Assembly: GCA_003220475.1 (NCBI GenBank)
Contig: QHSO01000027.1
Location: forward strand, 530-64,529
Reading direction: 5' to 3'
Source of the DNA: Candidatus Rokuibacteriota bacterium
Lineage (GTDB): Bacteria; Methylomirabilota; Methylomirabilia; Rokubacteriales; CSP1-6
DNA: 64,000 nt
Within the stretch, counting starts at the first letter, position 1. Every line of letters begins with the position of its first letter. A model generated the notes under the pieces. The model worked only from the letters and a program-made list of their open reading frames with translations. It was not told the origin of the DNA and did not search any database. A program made the translations under genes and the position numbers. Positions 59,251 to 64,000 of this stretch are shown here, piece by piece.

Positions 59251-60332
<1,082 letters not shown>

Positions 60333-60345
60333 CTTCGCGCCCGCC

Positions 60346-61626
60346 GTGAGCAACGATTTCCTGCACATGATCCCCACCACCTACTACCCCTATCGTCACG
60401 GCCAGCTCTGCTGCGAGTCGGTGCCGCTGACGAAGCTCGCCGACGCCGTCGGCACGCCCGCGTACGTGTACTCGAAAGCCGCGCTGCTCGACAGCTATCG
60501 CGCGTACGACCACGCCTTCAAGGACGTGCCGCATCTCATCTGCTATTCGATCAAGGCCAATTCGAACCTGGCGGTGATCGCGACGCTCGCGCGCGCCGGG
60601 GCCGGCGCCGATATCGTCTCGGGCGGCGAGCTGCAGCGCGCGCTGCGCGCGGGCGTGCCGGCGAAGAAAATCATCTTCTCCGGCGTCGGCAAGACGCGCG
60701 ACGAGATGCGCGACGCGCTGAAGGCGGAGATCCTACTCTTCAACGTGGAGTCGGTGGGCGAGCTGCGCGCGCTCGACGAGGTGGCGCGCGAGCTGGGCAC
60801 GCGCGCGCCGGTCGCGCTGCGCGTGAATCCCGACGTGGACCCGCAGACGCACAAGTACATCGCCACCGGCCTCAAGAGCGCGAAGTTCGGCATCCCGCAC
60901 ACCCATGCGCTCGCCGCCTACGAGGAGGCCGCCGGCCTGCGCGGCCTCCAGGTCGTCGGCGCCGACATGCACATCGGCTCGCAGCTCACGAAGGCGCTGC
61001 CACTGGGCGACGCGGTGGCCCGCGTGGCCGCGCTCGTCAAGCAGCTGCGCGAGCGGGGCGTCGAGATCACGACCATCGACGTAGGCGGCGGTCTCGGCAT
61101 CCGCTATCGCGACGAGACGCCGCCGACCCACGCCGAGTACGCCACGGTGCTGCTGCCCGCGCTCAAGGAGCTCGGCGTGACGGTACTGCTGGAGCCCGGG
61201 CGCTCGATCGTCGGCAACGCCGGCGCGCTGCTCACGCGCGTGCTCTACCACCAGCCGACCGACGCCAAGACGTTCGTCGTCGTCGACGCGGCGATGAACG
61301 ATCTCGTGCGGCCCGCGTTCTACGACTCGTATCACGCCATCGTGCCGGTGGCGGAGGCGCGCGCCGCTGCACCGGTGGAAACCGCCGACGTCGTCGGACC
61401 GATCTGCGAGTCCGGCGACTTCTTCGCCAAGGATCGCGCGCTGCCGCGGCCGGAGGAGGGCGACCTGCTCGCCATTCTGAGCGCCGGCGCCTACGGCTTC
61501 GCGATGGCCTCCAACTACAACACGAGACCCCGCCCGGTCGAGGTGCTCGTGGACGGTGATCGCTACACCATCGTGCGCCGCCGGGAGACCTTCGAAGACC
61601 TGGTGGCCGGGGAGACGATCGTATGA
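60346..61626 (+). CDS. lysA: diaminopimelate decarboxylase
   Basis: PLP-lysine context CYSIKANSN. Fold-III decarboxylase layout. 426 aa. Confidence 0.95.
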   Translation: MSNDFLHMIPTTYYPYRHGQLCCESVPLTKLADAVGTPAYVYSKAALLDSYRAYDHAFKDVPHLICYSIKANSNLAVIATLARAGAGADIVSGGELQRALRAGVPAKKIIFSGVGKTRDEMRDALKAEILLFNVESVGELRALDEVARELGTRAPVALRVNPDVDPQTHKYIATGLKSAKFGIPHTHALAAYEEAAGLRGLQVVGADMHIGSQLTKALPLGDAVARVAALVKQLRERGVEITTIDVGGGLGIRYRDETPPTHAEYATVLLPALKELGVTVLLEPGRSIVGNAGALLTRVLYHQPTDAKTFVVVDAAMNDLVRPAFYDSYHAIVPVAEARAAAPVETADVVGPICESGDFFAKDRALPRPEEGDLLAILSAGAYGFAMASNYNTRPRPVEVLVDGDRYTIVRRRETFEDLVAGETIV

Positions 61627-62510
61627 ACCCCATCTTCACCGGTTCGTTCGTCGCGCTGGTCACGCCGTTCAAGAACGGCAAGGTGGACGAGGCGAAGCTG
61701 CGCGAGCTCGTCGAGCTGCACGTGGCCAACGGCACCGACGGCTTGGTGCCATGCGGCACCACCGGCGAGTCGCCGACGCTCTCGCACGACGAGCACAAGC
61801 GCGTGGTCGAAGTCGTCGTGGAGGCCACACGCAAGCGCATCAAGGTGGTCGCCGGCACCGGCTCGAACTGCACGACCGAGGCGCTCGACCTCACCAAGCA
61901 CGCCGAGCGCGTGGGCGCCGACGGCGCGCTGGTCGTGAATCCGTACTACAACAAGCCGACGCAGGAGGGCCTCTACCGGCACTTCCGGGCCGTCGCCGAG
62001 TCGGTGGCCATGCCGATCGTCGTGTACAACATCCAGAGCCGCACCGCTGTGAACGTCGAAACCGCCACGCTGGCGCGACTGGCCCGCGACGTGAAGAACG
62101 TGCGCGGCGTCAAGGAAGCCTCCGGCAACCTCGATCAGATGACGCAGGTGGTGCTGTCGTGCGGTCCTGGCTTCTCCGTGCTGTCGGGCGACGACAGCCT
62201 CACGTGGCCACTGATGGCCGTCGGCGGTCACGGCGTGATCTCCGTCATCGCCAACATCGTGCCGAAGGACGTCGCCGAGATGGTCCACGCGGCGCTCGAC
62301 AACGACGGCAAGCGCGCACGAGAGCTGCATCATCGGCTCTTCCCGCTGGCGCGCGCGGCGTTCCTCGAGACCAATCCCATCCCCATCAAGGAAGCGATGG
62401 CGATGGCCGGAATGATCGAGCCGGAGTTCCGGCTGCCGATGTGTCGCATGGGCGATGCGAATCGCGAAACGCTGCGCGGGGTGCTCAAGCAGTACGGCCT
62501 CGTGAAGTAG
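61623..62510 (+). CDS. dapA: 4-hydroxy-tetrahydrodipicolinate synthase
   Basis: ATGA overlap with lysA. Contains VPCGTTGESPTLS and the catalytic Lys region. 295 aa. Confidence 0.95.
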   Translation: MNPIFTGSFVALVTPFKNGKVDEAKLRELVELHVANGTDGLVPCGTTGESPTLSHDEHKRVVEVVVEATRKRIKVVAGTGSNCTTEALDLTKHAERVGADGALVVNPYYNKPTQEGLYRHFRAVAESVAMPIVVYNIQSRTAVNVETATLARLARDVKNVRGVKEASGNLDQMTQVVLSCGPGFSVLSGDDSLTWPLMAVGGHGVISVIANIVPKDVAEMVHAALDNDGKRARELHHRLFPLARAAFLETNPIPIKEAMAMAGMIEPEFRLPMCRMGDANRETLRGVLKQYGLVK

Positions 62511-62535
62511 CGCCCGCGGCGGCCACGATTCTGCG

Positions 62536-62685
62536 ATGACGGACGTCCGCCCGACCGCCGCGGCGCCGGAGCCCAGCGAAGGCGCCCCGGCGGCAAATCT
62601 GAGTCGGCGATGACGGACGTCCGCCCGACCGCCGCGGCGCCGGAGCCCGGCGAAGGCGCCCCGGCGGCAAATATAGTAGTCGGCG
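62536..62685 (+). repeat. 74-bp tandem duplication covering the dapB start codon and first ~21 codons
   Basis: Units at 62536-62609 and 62610-62685 differ at 1 position in the first 63 nt, then diverge (CTGAGTCGGCG versus ATAGTAGTCGGCG). Confidence 0.9.
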
Positions 62686-63464
62686 GCGCCGCCGGACGGA
62701 TGGGCTCGCGCATCGTCGCCCTGCACCGCGAGGCCGGGTTGCGGCTGGCCGCCGCGCTGGAGGCGCCCGGCCATCGTGCGCTCGGCCGCGACGCGGGCGA
62801 AGTCGCCGGCGCCGGCGTGCTCGGCGTGCCGCTCACGGGGGACGCCGCCGCCGCCATCACGCGTGACCGCGTCCTGATCGAGTTCTCCGTGCCGGAGGCT
62901 TCGCTCGAGCACCTGCGTCTGGTCGCCCGCGCCGGCGCGCGCGCCGTCATCGGCACCACGGGCTTCTCGGCCGCGCAGCGCGAAGAGATCGCGACGCTCG
63001 CGCGCCAGGCGGCGATCCTGGTGGCGCCCAACATGTCGGTGGCGGTCACGCTCGCCTTCTCACTGCTCAGGACGATGGCGAAAGCGCTCGGCGACGACTA
63101 CGACGTGGAGATCACCGAGGTCCATCACCGCTACAAGAAGGACGCGCCGAGCGGCACCGCCGTGCGGATGGCCGAGATTGTCGCCGAGGCGCTGGGCCGC
63201 GATCTGCGCAAGGTCGGCGTGTACGGGCGCGAGGGCTTGCCGGGCGAGCGCAGCGGCAAGGAGATCGGCGTGATGTCGCTTCGCTCCGGTGACGTGGTGG
63301 GCGAGCACACCGTCTCGTTCGGCACGCTCGGCGAGCGGTTGGAGCTCACCCACCGCGCGCACAGCCGCGACACGTTCGCGCGCGGCGCGCTGCGGGCGGT
63401 GCGCTGGATCGCCGGGCGTGGACCGGGCCTCTACTCGATGCACGACGTGCTGGGGATCGCGTGA
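62610..63464 (+). CDS. dapB: 4-hydroxy-tetrahydrodipicolinate reductase
   Basis: Contains VVGGAAGRMG and EVHHRYKKDAPSGTA. 284 aa including an unusual 21-aa N-terminal extension encoded by the duplicated unit. Confidence 0.9.
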   Translation: MTDVRPTAAAPEPGEGAPAANIVVGGAAGRMGSRIVALHREAGLRLAAALEAPGHRALGRDAGEVAGAGVLGVPLTGDAAAAITRDRVLIEFSVPEASLEHLRLVARAGARAVIGTTGFSAAQREEIATLARQAAILVAPNMSVAVTLAFSLLRTMAKALGDDYDVEITEVHHRYKKDAPSGTAVRMAEIVAEALGRDLRKVGVYGREGLPGERSGKEIGVMSLRSGDVVGEHTVSFGTLGERLELTHRAHSRDTFARGALRAVRWIAGRGPGLYSMHDVLGIA

Positions 63465-64000
63465 TGCTGATCGTCCGCTGTCGCGTCGGCGACGCCACGC
63501 GCTACGGCGCCCTCGAGGGCAACACGGTGATCGAGCACGCCGGGACGCCGTGGACCACGTTCCGGCGCGGCCGAAAACGGCACTCCCTGCATCAGGTCGT
63601 GTTGCTGGCGCCCGCCCTGCCGTCCAGGATCGTCGCAGTCGGGTTGAATTACCGCGCGCGCGCCGCGGAGCTGGCGGAAGCCCTGCCGGACCTGCCGGTG
63701 CTCGCGCTCAAGCCGCCCAGCGCGGTGATCGGTCCCGACGATCCCATCGTCCTGCCGCCGCAGAGCGACTTCGTCGAGCACGAGGCCGAGCTGGCCATCG
63801 TCCTCAAGCGACGCTGTCATAAGGTATCCCCGGTGCGCGCGCGCGACTACGTGCTGGGCTACACCGCGCTCAACGACGTGACCGCGCGCGACGTGCGCGC
63901 GCGCGACGGGCTGGCCGCGCGCGCCAAAGGGTTCGACACGTTCTGTCCGCTCGGTCCGTGCACCGCCACCGACCTGGACCCGATCGCGCTCACCGTCGAG
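63464..64000 (+). CDS. fumarylacetoacetate hydrolase (FAH) family protein, N-terminal part (runs off window end)
   Basis: ATG 63464 overlaps the dapB stop. Contains IVAVGLNYRARAAE, LALKPPSAVIGP and HEAELAIVL. The frame stays open to 64000. Confidence 0.8.
   Translation, partial: MLIVRCRVGDATRYGALEGNTVIEHAGTPWTTFRRGRKRHSLHQVVLLAPALPSRIVAVGLNYRARAAELAEALPDLPVLALKPPSAVIGPDDPIVLPPQSDFVEHEAELAIVLKRRCHKVSPVRARDYVLGYTALNDVTARDVRARDGLAARAKGFDTFCPLGPCTATDLDPIALTVE

Overview
Very GC-rich bacterial chromosomal window. Diderm hallmarks are present: BamD, an HlyD/EmrB-type efflux pair, a GldG-type ABC accessory protein and an LptM-like lipobox. I could not assign the organism. I call about 65 protein-coding genes, tightly packed and often joined by 4-nt ATGA/GTGA overlaps. 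Most are housekeeping:
- a GldA/GldF/GldG-like ABC transporter operon;
- the glycine-cleavage operon gcvT-gcvH-gcvPA-gcvPB with a lipoate-protein ligase, a NUDIX gene and pepA;
- a PxpB/PxpC cluster;
- aspartate-family biosynthesis genes (hom, thrC, lysC, dapL, lysA, dapA, dapB) plus argH;
- comEA/comEC, rpoA, mltG, plsC and bamD.
I saw no rRNA, tRNA, CRISPR array, transposase, integrase or phage gene, and no convincing multi-gene defence or mobile system. The many long antisense ORFs in the track are high-GC shadow ORFs.
The unusual content is at the sequence level:
1. A ~70-bp two-hairpin repeat family has 8 copies at 6 loci. All copies face the same way and show compensatory base changes. 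One copy sits inside the thrC 5' coding region.
2. A second ~65-bp repeat is inserted in-frame in a GNAT gene and supplies the stop codon of a PHP gene.
3. Tandem duplications sit on gene boundaries, including one at the dapB start that creates a uORF.
4. Four genes carry internal ~100-150 nt losses of conserved core segments. Two of these remove the Walker A loop of an ABC ATPase. rpoA also has no in-frame start codon.
5. Two genes can apparently only start at a CTG overlapping the upstream stop (CTGA).
6. Several proteins have degenerate catalytic motifs: a histidine kinase without His/Asn/ATP-lid, a CTP-synthase-type GATase without His/Glu, and a small AAA+ ATPase ending in the proteasome-docking tetrapeptide GQYL.
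All functional calls come from motif recognition by eye. No searches were run.
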